DNA from: a phage
DNA: 64,000 nt
NCBI GenBank assembly: GCA_024790105.1
Contig: GCA_024790105.1_3053.1
Reading direction: 5' to 3' (one strand)
Below, piece after piece: positions 8,946 to 28,201 of this stretch; the first letter of the stretch is position 1, and each line of letters opens with the position of its first letter. A program made the translations under genes and the position numbers. The notes below the pieces were generated by a model. That model searched no databases and was not told the origin of the DNA. It worked only from the letters and a program-made list of their open reading frames with translations.

Positions 8946-10928
8946 ATGGCAAATACCCCTGTAAATTATCAATTAACAAGAACAGCAAATGCTATTCCCG
9001 AGATATTCGTCGGGGGTACGTTTGCTGAAATAAAACAAAACCTCATTGAATGGCTTAATGGCCAAAATGAATTTTTGGATTATGATTTTGAAGGCTCAAG
9101 ATTAAACGTTCTGTGCGACCTTTTAGCTTATAATACATTGTACATTCAGCAGTTTGGTAATGCTGCTGTATATGAAAGCTTCATGCGTACTGCTAACTTA
9201 CGAAGTTCAGTTGTTCAGGCTGCACAAGATAACGGATATTTACCTACTTCAAAATCCGCTGCGCAGACCGAAATTATGTTAACATGCACCGACGCATTGA
9301 ATAGGAATTACATTACTATTCCTCGCGGAACTCGCTTTTTAGCATATGCAAAAGATACTTCTGTTAATCCATATAACTTCGTTTCTACCGAAGACGTTAT
9401 TGCTATTCGTGATAAAAATAACCAATATTTTCCACGATTAAAATTAGCTCAAGGACGTATAGTAAGAACTGAAATCATTTATGATAAATTAACACCTATT
9501 ATCATTTATGACAAAAACATAGATAGAAACCAAGTTAAACTATACGTTGATGGAGCAGAATGGATTAACTGGACAAGAAAGTCAATGGTTCATGCTGGTT
9601 CTACATCAACAATTTACTACATGCGTGAAACTATTGATGGAAACACTGAATTCTATTTTGGCGAAGGTGAAATTTCTGTTAATGCGGCAGAAGGAGCTCT
9701 AACTGCTAACTATATTGGAGGTCTTAAACCTACCCAGAACTCTACGATTGTTATTGAGTACATCAGTACTAACGGTGCAGATGCGAATGGTGCAGTCGGA
9801 TTTTCATACGCAGATACATTAACAAATATAACTGTCATCAATATTAACGAAAATCCAAATGATGACCCAGATTTTGTTGGGGCAGATGGCGGTGGCGATC
9901 CAGAAGATATTGAGCGTATTCGCGAATTGGGTACTATTAAACGCGAAACCCAGCAACGCTGCGTAACTGCGACCGACTATGATACATTCGTTTCAGAGAG
10001 ATTTGGTTCTATTATTCAAGCTGTGCAGACTTTCACCGATTCTACTAAACCTGGGTATGCATTTATTGCTGCTAAACCTAAATCAGGACTATATTTAACT
10101 ACTGTGCAACGTGAAGATATTAAAAATTATCTCAAAGACTATAATTTAGCGCCTATTACACCGTCAATTATTTCTCCTAATTATCTTTTTATTAAGACTA
10201 ATTTAAAAGTCACATATGCTTTAAATAAACTACAAGAATCCGAACAGTGGCTTGAAGGTCAAATAATTGATAAAATTGATCGCTATTATACCGAAGATGT
10301 AGAAATTTTTAACTCATCTTTTGCCAAGTCTAAGATGTTAACTTACGTAGATGATGCAGATCATTCTATCATTGGTTCATCAGCGACTATTCAAATTGTT
10401 CGTGAAGTACAAAACTTCTATAAAACGCCTGAAGCAGGTATTAAATACAATAATCAAATAAAAGATCGTTCTATGGAATCTAATACGTTTTCATTTAATT
10501 CTGGACGAAAGGTTGTAAATCCTGATACTGGTTTAGAAGAAGATGTATTATATGACGTTCGTATAGTATCAACAGACCGAGATTCTAAAGGAATTGGTAA
10601 AGTTATTATTGGTCCATTTGCTTCTGGCGATGTTACAGAAAATGAAAACATTCAGCCGTATACAGGCAACGATTTTAACAAATTAGCAAATTCTGATGGA
10701 CGCGACAAATACTATGTTATCGGTGAAATAAATTATCCAGCTGACATGATTTATTGGAATATCGCTAAAATTAATTTAACATCTGAAAAATTTGAAGTTC
10801 AGACTATTGAATTATATTCTGACCCAACCGATGATGTTATCTTTACTCGCGATGGTTCACTGATTGTATTTGAAAATGACTTACGTCCACAATACTTAAC
10901 TATCGATTTGGAGCCTATATCACAATGA
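8946..10928 (+). CDS. 6: baseplate wedge protein gp6
   Basis: 660 aa; synteny. Confidence 0.9.
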   Translation: MANTPVNYQLTRTANAIPEIFVGGTFAEIKQNLIEWLNGQNEFLDYDFEGSRLNVLCDLLAYNTLYIQQFGNAAVYESFMRTANLRSSVVQAAQDNGYLPTSKSAAQTEIMLTCTDALNRNYITIPRGTRFLAYAKDTSVNPYNFVSTEDVIAIRDKNNQYFPRLKLAQGRIVRTEIIYDKLTPIIIYDKNIDRNQVKLYVDGAEWINWTRKSMVHAGSTSTIYYMRETIDGNTEFYFGEGEISVNAAEGALTANYIGGLKPTQNSTIVIEYISTNGADANGAVGFSYADTLTNITVININENPNDDPDFVGADGGGDPEDIERIRELGTIKRETQQRCVTATDYDTFVSERFGSIIQAVQTFTDSTKPGYAFIAAKPKSGLYLTTVQREDIKNYLKDYNLAPITPSIISPNYLFIKTNLKVTYALNKLQESEQWLEGQIIDKIDRYYTEDVEIFNSSFAKSKMLTYVDDADHSIIGSSATIQIVREVQNFYKTPEAGIKYNNQIKDRSMESNTFSFNSGRKVVNPDTGLEEDVLYDVRIVSTDRDSKGIGKVIIGPFASGDVTENENIQPYTGNDFNKLANSDGRDKYYVIGEINYPADMIYWNIAKINLTSEKFEVQTIELYSDPTDDVIFTRDGSLIVFENDLRPQYLTIDLEPISQ

Positions 10929-13900
10929 CAGTAAAAGCACCTTCAGTCACTAGTCTCAGAATTTCCAAGTTATCCGCTAATCAGGTGCAAGTACGCTGGG
11001 ATGACGTTGGTGCTAATTTCTACTATTTTGTAGAAATCGCTGAGACAAAATCAAACTCGGGAAAAAATCTCCCGAGTAATCAATATCGTTGGATTAATTT
11101 AGGATATACAGCAAATAATAGTTTCTTTTTTGATGATGCTGATCCATTGACATCATATGTTATTAGAGTAGCTACAGCTGCACAAGATTTTGAGCAGTCT
11201 GATTGGATTTATACCGAAGAGTTTGAAACTTTTGCTACAAATGCTTATACATTTCAAAACATGATTGAAATGCAATTAGCCAATAAATTCATTCAGGAAA
11301 AATTTACTCTTAATAATTCTGATTATGTTAATTTCAATAATGACACAATAATGGCTGCGTTGATGAATGAATCATTTCAGTTCAGCCCATCGTATGCTGA
11401 TGTCTCATCAATCAGTAATTTTATTATTGGTGAAAATGAGTATCATGAAATACAAGGTTCTATTCAGCAAGTATGTAAGGATATTAACCGAGTTTATTTG
11501 ATGGAATCAGAAGGGATTCTATATCTTTTTGAGCGTTATCAACCCGTAGTTAAAGTATCAAATGATAAAGGACAAACTTGGAAAGCTGTAAAGCTCTTCA
11601 ATGACCGTGTAGGATATCCTTTATCTAAGACTGTATATTACCAATCTGCAAACACAACATACGTTCTAGGATACGACAAGATTTTCTATGGCCGTAAATC
11701 GACTGACGTTAGATGGTCAGCAGATGATGTCAGATTCAGTTCACAGGATATAACATTTGCTAAATTAGGAGACCAACTTCATTTAGGATTCGATGTTGAA
11801 ATCTTCGCTACTTATGCTACTTTACCAGCGAATGTATACCGTATAGCTGAGGCTATTACTTGCACAGATGATTATATTTACGTTGTCGCCAGAGACAAAG
11901 TTAGATACATAAAAACGAGTAATGCACCTATAGATTCTGATCCATTATCTCCAACATATTCGGAAAGACTTTTTGAACCTGATACCATGACTATAACCGG
12001 AAATCCTAAAGCAGTATGCTATAAAATGGATTCTATCGGTGATAAAGTTTTTGCTCTTATTATTGGTGAAGTTGAAACATTAAATGCTAATCCTAGAACA
12101 TCAAAAATAATTGATTCCGCTGATAAAGGAATATATGTTTTAAATCATGACAAAAAAACATGGAAAAGAGTTTTTGGCAACACTGAAGAAGAAAGAAGAC
12201 GTATTCAACCAGGGTACGCTAATATGTCAACTGATGGTAAATTAGTTTATCTGTCTTCGAGTAATTTTAAATTTTTAAGTGATAATGTTGTTAATGACCC
12301 TGAAACTGCAGCAAAATATCAGTTAATTGGTGCTGTTAAATATGAATTTCCTCGCGAATGGTTAGCTGATAAACATTATCATATGATGGCGTTTATAGCG
12401 GATGAAAAATCTGACTGGGAGACTTTTACTCCTCAACCGATGAAATACTACGCAGAACCGTTCTTTAACTGGTCTAAAAAATCTAACACACGTTGTTGGA
12501 TAAACAACTCCGATAGGGTTGTAGTAGTTTATGCTGATTTAAAATATACTAAAGTTATTGAAAATTTTCCGGAAACATCACCAGATAGATTAGTTCATGA
12601 ATACTGGGATGACGGCGATTGCACTATAGTAATGCCAAATGTTAAATTCACTGGATTTAAAAAATACGCATCTGGGATGCTTTTCTATAAAGCCTCCGGT
12701 GAAATAATTTCTTACTATGATTTTAGCTATCGTGTGAGAGATACAGTAGAAATTATTTGGAAGCCAACTGAAGTATTTTTAAAAGCATTTTTACAAAACC
12801 AAGAGCATGAAACTCCTTGGTCGCCTGAAGAAGAGCGTGGATTGGCTGACCCTGATTTAAGACCATTGATTGGCACAATGATGCCTGATTCTTATTTGTT
12901 ACAGGATTCGAATTTTGAGGCATTTTGCGAAGCATATATTCAATATCTTTCTGATGGATATGGAACTCAGTATAACAATTTACGAAATTTAATTCGTAAC
13001 AAATATCCACGAGAAGAGCATGCGTGGGAATATTTGTGGTCAGAGATATATAAAAGAAACATTTATTTAAATGCTGACAAACGTGATGCTGTTGCGAGAT
13101 TCTTTGAATCACGTAGCTATGATTTTTATTCTACTAAAGGAATTGAAGCATCATACAAGTTTCTTTTTAAAGTTCTTTATAATGAAGAAGTTGAAATTGA
13201 AATTGAATCTGGGGCTGGTACTGAATATGACATAATCGTTCAATCTGATTCTTTGACTGAAGATTTAGTAGGACAAACGATTTATACAGCCACAGGAAGA
13301 TGTAATGTTACTTATATAGAAAGAAGCTATTCTAATGGTAAATTGCAATGGACCGTAACTATTCATAATCTTTTGGGAAGATTAATTGCTGGTCAAGAAG
13401 TTAAAGCAGAAAGACTCCCTAGTTTTGAAGGCGAAATTATTCGTGGAGTTAAAGGAAAGGATTTGCTTCAAAACAATATAGACTATATTAATAGAAGTAG
13501 ATCATACTATGTAATGAAAATTAAATCCAATTTACCTTCTTCCCGCTGGAAATCTGACGTTATTCGTTTTGTTCATCCAGTAGGATTTGGATTTATAGCA
13601 ATTACCCTTTTAACGATGTTTATTAATGTTGGTTTAACTCTTAAACATACAGAGACTATAATTAATAAATACAAAAATTATAAATGGGATTCTGGATTGC
13701 CTACTGAATATGCCGATAGAGTAGCTAAATTGACTCCAACTGGTGAAATTGAGCATGATTCAGTAACAGGCGAAGCAATTTATGAGCCTGGCCCAATGGC
13801 TGGTGTAAAATATCCTCTTCCTGATGACTATAATGCTGAAAATAATAATTCAATGTTTCAAGGTCAATTGCCGTCTGAACGACGTAAATTAATGAGTCCT

Positions 13901-14023
13901 CTATTTGACGCATCTGGAACAACATTTGCGCAATTTAGAGATTTAGTTAATAAACGTCTAAAAGATAATATAGGAAATCCAAGAGACCCTGAAAATCCAA
14001 CACAGGTTAAAATAGATGAATGA
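10925..14023 (+). CDS. 7: baseplate wedge protein gp7
   Basis: 1032 aa; synteny; overlapping stop/start with gene 6. Confidence 0.9.
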   Translation: MTVKAPSVTSLRISKLSANQVQVRWDDVGANFYYFVEIAETKSNSGKNLPSNQYRWINLGYTANNSFFFDDADPLTSYVIRVATAAQDFEQSDWIYTEEFETFATNAYTFQNMIEMQLANKFIQEKFTLNNSDYVNFNNDTIMAALMNESFQFSPSYADVSSISNFIIGENEYHEIQGSIQQVCKDINRVYLMESEGILYLFERYQPVVKVSNDKGQTWKAVKLFNDRVGYPLSKTVYYQSANTTYVLGYDKIFYGRKSTDVRWSADDVRFSSQDITFAKLGDQLHLGFDVEIFATYATLPANVYRIAEAITCTDDYIYVVARDKVRYIKTSNAPIDSDPLSPTYSERLFEPDTMTITGNPKAVCYKMDSIGDKVFALIIGEVETLNANPRTSKIIDSADKGIYVLNHDKKTWKRVFGNTEEERRRIQPGYANMSTDGKLVYLSSSNFKFLSDNVVNDPETAAKYQLIGAVKYEFPREWLADKHYHMMAFIADEKSDWETFTPQPMKYYAEPFFNWSKKSNTRCWINNSDRVVVVYADLKYTKVIENFPETSPDRLVHEYWDDGDCTIVMPNVKFTGFKKYASGMLFYKASGEIISYYDFSYRVRDTVEIIWKPTEVFLKAFLQNQEHETPWSPEEERGLADPDLRPLIGTMMPDSYLLQDSNFEAFCEAYIQYLSDGYGTQYNNLRNLIRNKYPREEHAWEYLWSEIYKRNIYLNADKRDAVARFFESRSYDFYSTKGIEASYKFLFKVLYNEEVEIEIESGAGTEYDIIVQSDSLTEDLVGQTIYTATGRCNVTYIERSYSNGKLQWTVTIHNLLGRLIAGQEVKAERLPSFEGEIIRGVKGKDLLQNNIDYINRSRSYYVMKIKSNLPSSRWKSDVIRFVHPVGFGFIAITLLTMFINVGLTLKHTETIINKYKNYKWDSGLPTEYADRVAKLTPTGEIEHDSVTGEAIYEPGPMAGVKYPLPDDYNAENNNSMFQGQLPSERRKLMSPLFDASGTTFAQFRDLVNKRLKDNIGNPRDPENPTQVKIDE

Positions 14024-15020
14024 TTCAAGTGTTATCTATCGTGCGATAGTTACTTCAAAATTTAGAACAGAAAAAATGTTGAATTTTTATAATTCAATTG
14101 GAAGTGGTCCGGATAAAAACACTATCTTTATCACATTTGGAAGATCAGAACCGTGGTCATCAAATGAAAATGAGGTGGGCTTTGCCCCACCTTATCCTAC
14201 CGATTCTGTATTAGGTGTAACTGACATGTGGACTCATATGATGGGAACAGTAAAAGTTCTTCCATCAATGCTTGATGCTGTTATTCCTCGCAGAGATTGG
14301 GGAGATACTAGATATCCGGATCCATACACATTTAGAATTAACGATATTGTAGTGTGTAACTCAGCTCCTTACAACGCTACTGAATCAGGCGCAGGCTGGT
14401 TAGTATATCGTTGTTTAGATGTTCCTGATACCGGAATGTGTTCAATCGCATCTTTAACTGATAAGGATGAATGCCTCAAATTAGGTGGAAAATGGACTCC
14501 TTCTGCTAAGTCAATGACTCCGCCTGAAGGCCGAGGAGATGCTGAAGGAACAATTGAACCTGGAGACGGATATGTTTGGGAATATCTATTTGAGATTCCG
14601 CCTGATGTATCTATAAATAGATGCACAAATGAATATATCGTGGTTCCTTGGCCTGAGGAATTAAAAGAAGACCCGACTAGATGGGGGTATGAAGATAATC
14701 TCACTTGGCAACAAGATGATTTTGGATTAATTTACCGTGTTAAGGCAAATACTATCCGTTTTAAAGCATATTTAGATTCAGTTTACTTTCCTGATGCTGC
14801 ATTACCAGGAAATAAAGGATTTAGACAAATATCAATAATCACCAATCCTCTTGAAGCTAAAGTTCATCCAAATGACCCAAACGTTAAAGCTGAAAAGGAT
14901 TATTATGATCCGGAAGATTTAATGAGGCATTCGGGCGAAATGATTTATATGGAAAATAGGCCACCTATTATCATGGCAATGGATCAAACAGAAGAAATCA
15001 ATATTCTGTTTACATTTTAA
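14016..15020 (+). CDS. 8: baseplate wedge protein gp8
   Basis: 334 aa; synteny. Confidence 0.9.
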   Translation: MNDSSVIYRAIVTSKFRTEKMLNFYNSIGSGPDKNTIFITFGRSEPWSSNENEVGFAPPYPTDSVLGVTDMWTHMMGTVKVLPSMLDAVIPRRDWGDTRYPDPYTFRINDIVVCNSAPYNATESGAGWLVYRCLDVPDTGMCSIASLTDKDECLKLGGKWTPSAKSMTPPEGRGDAEGTIEPGDGYVWEYLFEIPPDVSINRCTNEYIVVPWPEELKEDPTRWGYEDNLTWQQDDFGLIYRVKANTIRFKAYLDSVYFPDAALPGNKGFRQISIITNPLEAKVHPNDPNVKAEKDYYDPEDLMRHSGEMIYMENRPPIIMAMDQTEEINILFTF

Positions 15021-15025
15021 CTTAA

Positions 15026-15052
15026 GGGAGCCCATGGGCTCCCTTTTTCTTT
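15026..15052 (+). terminator. rho-independent terminator after gene 8
   Basis: GGGAGCCCATGGGCTCCC hairpin followed by TTTTTCTTT. Confidence 0.7.
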
Positions 15053-15059
15053 ATAAATA
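15052..15059 (+). promoter_or_regulatory. late promoter TATAAATA (gene 9)
   Basis: exact TATAAATA ~25 nt upstream of gene 9 ATG. Confidence 0.6.
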
Positions 15060-15083
15060 CTATAAACTCATAAGGAAACCGCT

Positions 15084-15950
15084 ATGTTCATTCAAGAACC
15101 AAAGAAATTGATTGATACCGGCGAAATTGGTAACGCTTCTACTGGTGATATCTTATTCGACGGTGGTAATAAAATTAATAGTGATTTTAACGCAATTTAT
15201 AATGCGTTTGGCGATCAACGTAAAATGGCAGTAGCAAATGGCACTGGAGCAGATGGCCAAATTATTCATGCTACTGGATATTATCAAAAACACTCTATTG
15301 CGGAGTACGCAACTCCAGTAAAAGTTGGCACTAGGCATGATATTGATACCTCTACTGTAGGTGTTAAAGTTATCATTGAAAGAGGCGAACTTGGTGACTG
15401 CGTTGAATTTATTAACTCAAATGGATCTATATCAGTTACTAATCCTTTAACGATTCAAGCAATTGATTCAATTAAAGGTGTTTCAGGCAATTTAGTAGTA
15501 ACTAGCCCATATAGTAAAGTAACTTTACGCTGTATTTCATCTGATAATTCTACATCTGTTTGGAATTATTCTATTGAAAGTATGTTTGGACAAAAGGAAT
15601 CACCAGCTGAAGGTACATGGAATATTTCTACATCCGGATCAGTTGATATTCCATTATTTCATCGTACTGAATACAATATGGCTAAATTGCTAGTTACATG
15701 CCAGTCAGTAGATGGAAGAAAAATTAAAACAGCAGAAATAAATATTCTTGTGGATACTGTTAATTCAGAGGTAATTTCTTCTGAATATGCTGTCATGCGG
15801 GTTGGAAATGAAACCGAAGAAGACGAAATCGCTAATATTGCATTTAGTATTAAAGAAAATTATGTAACGGCGACTATAAGTTCTTCTACTATTGGCATGA
15901 GAGCAGCAGTTAAAGTTATCGCTACGCAGAAAATCGGGGTGGCTCAATAA
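15084..15950 (+). CDS. 9: baseplate wedge / long tail fibre socket protein gp9
   Basis: 288 aa; synteny. Confidence 0.9.
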   Translation: MFIQEPKKLIDTGEIGNASTGDILFDGGNKINSDFNAIYNAFGDQRKMAVANGTGADGQIIHATGYYQKHSIAEYATPVKVGTRHDIDTSTVGVKVIIERGELGDCVEFINSNGSISVTNPLTIQAIDSIKGVSGNLVVTSPYSKVTLRCISSDNSTSVWNYSIESMFGQKESPAEGTWNISTSGSVDIPLFHRTEYNMAKLLVTCQSVDGRKIKTAEINILVDTVNSEVISSEYAVMRVGNETEEDEIANIAFSIKENYVTATISSSTIGMRAAVKVIATQKIGVAQ

Positions 15951-17755
15951 TGAAACAAAATATTAATATCGGTAATGTTGTAGATGATGGTACCGGTGAC
16001 TACCTGCGTAAAGGTGGTATAAAAATAAATGAAAACTTTGATGAACTTTATTATGAGCTTGGTGATGGGAATGTTCCATATTCAGCCGGTGCCTGGAAAA
16101 CTTATAATGCTTCATCAGGACAAACACTAACAGCAGAATGGGGAAAATCATATGCCATTAACACTTCATCTGGAAGAGTAACTCTACAACTTCCTAAAGG
16201 AACCGTTAATGATTATAATAAAGTAATTAAAGCTAGGGATGTATTTGCAACATGGAATGTTAATCCAGTTACTCTAGTAGCCGCTTCTGGTGATACTATT
16301 AAAGGATCATCGTCATCAGTTGAAATTAATGTTCAATTTAGTGATTTAGAATTAGTTTATTGTGCTCCAGGACGTTGGGAATATGTCAAAAACAAACAAA
16401 TTGACAAAATTATTAGTTCAGATATTAGTAATGTAGCACGTAAAGAATTTTTAGTCGAAGTTCAAGGACAAACAGACTTTTTAGATGTTTTCCGTGGAAC
16501 TAGCTATAATGTTAATAACATCCGAGTAAAACACCGCGGTAATGAATTATATTATGGCGATGTATTTAGTGAAAACAGTGACTTTGGCTCTCCTGGGGAA
16601 AATGAAGGAGAATTGATTCCTCTTGATGGATTTAATATTAGATTAAGACAGCCTTGTAATGTTGGTGACACTGTTCAAATTGAAACATTTATGGATGGTG
16701 TATCGCAGTGGAGAAGTTCATATACAAGACGCCAAATAAAAGTATTAGATTCAAAATTAACATCAAAGACTTCTTTAGAAGGAAGCATTTATGTTACTGA
16801 TTTATCAGCGATGAAATCAATTCCATTCTCCGCATTTGGATTAATTCCTGGCGAACCCATTAATCCTAATTCTCTTGAGGTTCGTTTTAATGGAATTTTA
16901 CAGCAGCAGGCTGGAACAGCTGGATATCCTCTGTTTTTGTGCGAAGGCGCTAATTCAGATACGCAAGAAGGATGTATATCTCTTGGCGGCGAATGGAAAG
17001 AATCAAACACCGATTATTCTATAGAATATGAAGACGGAAAACCTATCAGTCTTTTATTTGATAGAAAATTTGAATCCGGTGACATTATCGTTATAACATG
17101 GTTCAATAATGATTTAGGAACTCTTTTAGAAAAAGATGACATCATTGAATTGACTGATGACCGTTATGTTAGTAAAGGATCATCTACTGAAGTTACTGGT
17201 GATGTGGCCTTAACAGATTTTGATAAAATCGGTTGGCCAAATGTTGAAAAAGTTGATTCTTATACTAGAACGTATAATTCAATATCATCTATTTTCGACA
17301 GCATTTATCCTGTTGGTTCAATTTATGAAAACGCTATAAACCCAAATAATCCGGTGACTTATATGGGATTTGGTTCATGGAAATTATTTGGTAAAGGACA
17401 AGTTTTAGTAGGATGGAATGATGATGTTACGGATCCAAACTTTGCTTTAAACAATAATGATTTAGATTCTAGCGGAAATCCTTCACATACGGCAGGTGGA
17501 ACGGTTGGAACAACATCAGTAACGCTTGAAAACGCAAATCTTCCTGCAACTAAAACCGACGAAAGAGTTTTAATTGAAGACGAAAATGGATCGGTTATTA
17601 TTGGAGGTTGCCAATATGACCCAGATGAAACTGGTCCTATATATACAAAATATCGTGAAGATTACGCAACAACAAACTCTTCACATACTCCTCCTGCTAA
17701 TATTAGTAATATTCAACCGTCTATTACTGTATACCGTTGGATAAGGATTGCATAA
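15950..17755 (+). CDS. 10: baseplate wedge protein gp10
   Basis: 601 aa; synteny; TAATG overlap with gene 11. Confidence 0.9.
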   Translation: MKQNINIGNVVDDGTGDYLRKGGIKINENFDELYYELGDGNVPYSAGAWKTYNASSGQTLTAEWGKSYAINTSSGRVTLQLPKGTVNDYNKVIKARDVFATWNVNPVTLVAASGDTIKGSSSSVEINVQFSDLELVYCAPGRWEYVKNKQIDKIISSDISNVARKEFLVEVQGQTDFLDVFRGTSYNVNNIRVKHRGNELYYGDVFSENSDFGSPGENEGELIPLDGFNIRLRQPCNVGDTVQIETFMDGVSQWRSSYTRRQIKVLDSKLTSKTSLEGSIYVTDLSAMKSIPFSAFGLIPGEPINPNSLEVRFNGILQQQAGTAGYPLFLCEGANSDTQEGCISLGGEWKESNTDYSIEYEDGKPISLLFDRKFESGDIIVITWFNNDLGTLLEKDDIIELTDDRYVSKGSSTEVTGDVALTDFDKIGWPNVEKVDSYTRTYNSISSIFDSIYPVGSIYENAINPNNPVTYMGFGSWKLFGKGQVLVGWNDDVTDPNFALNNNDLDSSGNPSHTAGGTVGTTSVTLENANLPATKTDERVLIEDENGSVIIGGCQYDPDETGPIYTKYREDYATTNSSHTPPANISNIQPSITVYRWIRIA

Positions 17756-18414
17756 TGAGTTTACTTAATAATAAAGCGGGAGTTATTTCCCGCTTAGCAG
17801 ATTTTCTTGGTTTTAGAACTAAGAAAAATGATATTTCGGTTATGAATAATCAACCGGTCGGCGCCGTAACAATATCACAAATAGCAAAAGGTTTTTATGA
17901 CCCAAATGTCGAATCAGCTATTAATGATGTTAGAAATATGGCAGAGCAACAGGTTGGAGCTGTATTAGTTAATATAAGCGGCTTATCTCCTACTGGCGTG
18001 CAACAAACAGACTATTGGTCATTTGAAGGAACTGTTACTGACACTTCAGCCAAACCAGGTGACCCAGTTATTGTTAACATGTTTGGTATTCCAGTTAAAG
18101 CTACTAATGGAATGACTTCAATCGAATTCACGAGTGCCGTTAGAACAGCTCTACAGGAAATGGTTGCAAAATTTATTGCAATTGATTCATTTGAAGACCA
18201 TCCTACTATAGGAAATAAAATACAAGTTAAGTATTTAGATAACCAAGAACATATCTTAGAACAATACTCTGATAAAGGAATTACTTTCAAACAAGAAATA
18301 ATTTCTCCTTCTAAACCTGGGTATGGAACTTGGCAATTATTAGGTGCGCAAACTGTTACGCTAGATAGTCACACACAACCTACAGTATTTTATTATTTTG
18401 AGAGAATAGCATGA
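17755..18414 (+). CDS. 11: baseplate wedge / short tail fibre attachment protein gp11
   Basis: ATG at 17755 ([17 protein letters not shown]) gives 219 aa. Confidence 0.9.
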   Translation: MSLLNNKAGVISRLADFLGFRTKKNDISVMNNQPVGAVTISQIAKGFYDPNVESAINDVRNMAEQQVGAVLVNISGLSPTGVQQTDYWSFEGTVTDTSAKPGDPVIVNMFGIPVKATNGMTSIEFTSAVRTALQEMVAKFIAIDSFEDHPTIGNKIQVKYLDNQEHILEQYSDKGITFKQEIISPSKPGYGTWQLLGAQTVTLDSHTQPTVFYYFERIA

Positions 18415-19961
18415 GTAACAATACATATCAGCACGTATCAAATGAATCAAAATATGTTAAATTCGATCCAGTAGGATCGAATTTTCCTGACACTGTCACG
18501 ACAGTGCAGTCTGCATTATCAAAAATAAGTAATATTGGCGTAAATGGTATTCCTGATGCAACTATGGAAGTTAAAGGAATAGCAATGATTGCATCAGAGC
18601 AAGAGGTTTTAGATGGAACTAATAATTCTAAAATCGTTACACCGGCTACATTAGCAACAAGATTATTGTATCCAAATGCTACTGAAACTAAATATGGTTT
18701 AACGCGCTATTCAACAAATGAAGAAACTTTAGAAGGCTCAGATAATAATTCGTCGATAACTCCACAAAAATTGAAATACCATACTGACGATGTATTCCAA
18801 AACAGGTATTCATCTGAATCATCAAATGGAGTTATTAAAATATCATCTACACCTGCGGCTTTGGCTGGTGTAGATGATACTACGGCAATGACTCCATTAA
18901 AAACCCAAAAACTTGCAATAAAATTAATTTCACAAATAGCTCCTTCAGAAGACACAGCATCAGAATCTGTTAGAGGTGTAGTTCAGTTATCAACTGTCGC
19001 TCAAACTCGCCAAGGAACTCTTCGCGAAGGATATGCAATTTCTCCGTATACCTTTATGAATTCTGTTGCAACACAAGAATATAAGGGTGTTATACGTTTA
19101 GGAACACAATCGGAAATTAACAGTAATTTAGGAGATGTTGCAGTAACAGGTGAAACACTAAATGGTCGAGGAGCTACTGGTTCTATGCGCGGTGTAGTAA
19201 AATTAACGACGCAAGCCGGTATTGCCCCCGAAGGTGATGGCTCTGGAGCATTAGCATGGAACGCAGATGTAATTAATACTCGCGGTGGACAAACTATTAA
19301 CGGTTCTTTAAATTTAGACCATCTTACAGCAAATGGAATTTGGTCACGTGGCGGTATGTGGAAAAATGGCGATCAACCTGTTGCCACTGAAAGATATGCG
19401 TCTGAAAGGGTTCCAGTTGGAACTATTATGATGTTTGCGGGTGATTCTGCACCTCCAGGTTGGATTATGTGCCATGGTGGAACCGTGTCAGGAGATCAAT
19501 ATCCTGATTATAGAAACACAGTTGGAACGAGATTTGGTGGTGATTGGAATAACCCTGGCATTCCTGATATGCGAGGTCTTTTCGTCAGAGGAGCTGGCAC
19601 AGGAGGTCATATTTTAAATCAACGAGGACAAGATGGTTATGGAAAGGATAGACTTGGCGTAGGATGTGACGGAATGCATGTTGGCGGTGTTCAAGCACAA
19701 CAAATGTCATACCATAAACATGCTGGTGGCTGGGGAGAATACCAAAGACATGAAGCTCCATTTGGCGCGTCCGTTTATCAAGGATATCTTGGAACTAGAA
19801 AATATGCCGACTGGGATAATGCTTCATACTTCACTAATGATGGATTTGAATTAGGTGGACCGAGAGATGCCCTTGGTACACTTAATCGTGAAGGATTAAT
19901 TGGTTATGAAACTAGACCATGGAATATATCATTAAACTATATTATTAAAATTCATTACTAA
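18411..19961 (+). CDS. 12: short tail fibre protein gp12
   Basis: 516 aa; synteny. Confidence 0.85.
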   Translation: MSNNTYQHVSNESKYVKFDPVGSNFPDTVTTVQSALSKISNIGVNGIPDATMEVKGIAMIASEQEVLDGTNNSKIVTPATLATRLLYPNATETKYGLTRYSTNEETLEGSDNNSSITPQKLKYHTDDVFQNRYSSESSNGVIKISSTPAALAGVDDTTAMTPLKTQKLAIKLISQIAPSEDTASESVRGVVQLSTVAQTRQGTLREGYAISPYTFMNSVATQEYKGVIRLGTQSEINSNLGDVAVTGETLNGRGATGSMRGVVKLTTQAGIAPEGDGSGALAWNADVINTRGGQTINGSLNLDHLTANGIWSRGGMWKNGDQPVATERYASERVPVGTIMMFAGDSAPPGWIMCHGGTVSGDQYPDYRNTVGTRFGGDWNNPGIPDMRGLFVRGAGTGGHILNQRGQDGYGKDRLGVGCDGMHVGGVQAQQMSYHKHAGGWGEYQRHEAPFGASVYQGYLGTRKYADWDNASYFTNDGFELGGPRDALGTLNREGLIGYETRPWNISLNYIIKIHY

Positions 19962-19970
19962 GGATTACAA

Positions 19971-21428
19971 ATGATTGAATTAAAAGAGTTACCTTTTGTT
20001 GATAGCGTTCCTGGCGAAGGTCAGGAACGTATTTCATGGATTAAAAATGGTGAAGAAATATTAGGAGCTAGTACTAAGTATGGAAACGATGGGTCAATGA
20101 ATAGACCAACTGTTTCCGTGTTTAAAAACGTCGAGGTTCTCGACGAAAATGTAGGAATTCTTAAAACTGCCATTGAAACATCTCAGGAAGATATTAAAAC
20201 TATTCAAGGCATTTTAGATGTATCAGGAGATATAGAAGCGCTATCACAGATCAGCGTTAATAAAAATGACATATCAAATTTAAAAACGCTTACGAGCGAA
20301 CATACTGATATATTAAATGGTACAAATACTACTGTTGATAATATTCTTTCTGATATTGGTCCATTTAATTCGCAAGCAAATTCAGTTTATAGAACGATTA
20401 GAAATGATTTGTTATGGATTAAAAGGGAATTAGGACAATATGCTGGACAAGATATTAATGGTCTTCCTGTTGTAGGAAATACCAGCACGGGAATGAAGCA
20501 TCGTATTATTAATAATACAGATGCTATAACTTCCCAAGGAATACGTCTAAGTGATTTAGAAGAAAAATTTATTGAATCTGATGTAGGTTCGCTTACAATC
20601 GAAGTAGGAAATCTTAGACAGGAATTAGGACAAAGACCACCTTCATTTAGTGAAAGTATATATTCACGTGTGCATAATTTAGATCAATCTCAAATTAATC
20701 TTAGTTCCGAAATTAAATCTATCAAAACTTCTATTGGATATCCAGGAAATACTTCAATAATCACAGATGTTAACACTAATACACGAGAAATTTCAGCTTT
20801 AACTGATGAGCTAAATAAAAGCGGAGGTGTTAAACAGCGATTAACTGTCATTGAAACATCGATTGGCTCAGATGATATTCCTTCTAGTATTAAAGGTCAA
20901 ATTAAAGATAATACTACCTCTATTGAGTCTTTAAACGGAATTGTAGGTGAAAACACCTCGTCTGGTTTAAGAGCTAATGTTTCGTGGTTAAACCAAATTG
21001 TTGGAACTGATTCTAGCGGTGGACAACCTTCTCCTCCTGGGTCTCTTTTAAATAGAGTTTCAACAGTTGAAACTTCCGTTAATAGACTGAATAATGATGT
21101 TCAAAACTTGCAAGTTGAAATTGGTAATAACAATTCCGGAATTAAAGGACAGGTTGTAACATTAAATAAATTGGTAAATGGAACAAATCCAAATGGTTCA
21201 ACTGTCGAAGAACGTGGATTAACTAATTCAATAAAAGCTAATGAAACCAACATTTCTTCTATTAATCAAGAAATGCGTAGTATTAAAAGTGATGTATCTT
21301 CATTACAGGGGGATGTTCAGACTTTACAGGAAGCAGGTTATATTCCTGAAGCTCCAAAAGATGGCCAAGCTTACGTTCGTAAAGACGGCGAATGGGTACT
21401 ACTTTCTACCTTTTTATCACCAGCATAA
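19971..21428 (+). CDS. wac: fibritin (whisker) with C-terminal foldon
   Basis: 485 aa coiled-coil protein ending [27 protein letters not shown] (foldon). Confidence 0.95.
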   Translation: MIELKELPFVDSVPGEGQERISWIKNGEEILGASTKYGNDGSMNRPTVSVFKNVEVLDENVGILKTAIETSQEDIKTIQGILDVSGDIEALSQISVNKNDISNLKTLTSEHTDILNGTNTTVDNILSDIGPFNSQANSVYRTIRNDLLWIKRELGQYAGQDINGLPVVGNTSTGMKHRIINNTDAITSQGIRLSDLEEKFIESDVGSLTIEVGNLRQELGQRPPSFSESIYSRVHNLDQSQINLSSEIKSIKTSIGYPGNTSIITDVNTNTREISALTDELNKSGGVKQRLTVIETSIGSDDIPSSIKGQIKDNTTSIESLNGIVGENTSSGLRANVSWLNQIVGTDSSGGQPSPPGSLLNRVSTVETSVNRLNNDVQNLQVEIGNNNSGIKGQVVTLNKLVNGTNPNGSTVEERGLTNSIKANETNISSINQEMRSIKSDVSSLQGDVQTLQEAGYIPEAPKDGQAYVRKDGEWVLLSTFLSPA

Positions 21429-21431
21429 CAT

Positions 21432-21458
21432 GGGGCCGCAAGGCCCCAAAGGATTTTT
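21432..21458 (+). terminator. hairpin terminator after wac
   Basis: GGGGCCGCAAGGCCCC hairpin followed by short T run. Confidence 0.5.
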
Positions 21459-21460
21459 AA

Positions 21461-23971
<2,511 letters not shown>

Positions 23972-24012
23972 TAAATATTATAAACTAATTAAAGCCCAGA
24001 TTAGGAGAAATC

Positions 24013-28170
<4,158 letters not shown>

Positions 28171-28201
28171 ATATATTAAAGCATATTAAAGAGGATTAAA
28201 A

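Noticed and set aside
12753-13112. 119-aa minus-strand ORF inside gene 7
   Set aside because: Antisense to a long, well-supported structural gene; no RBS; composition typical of a spurious reverse-frame ORF.
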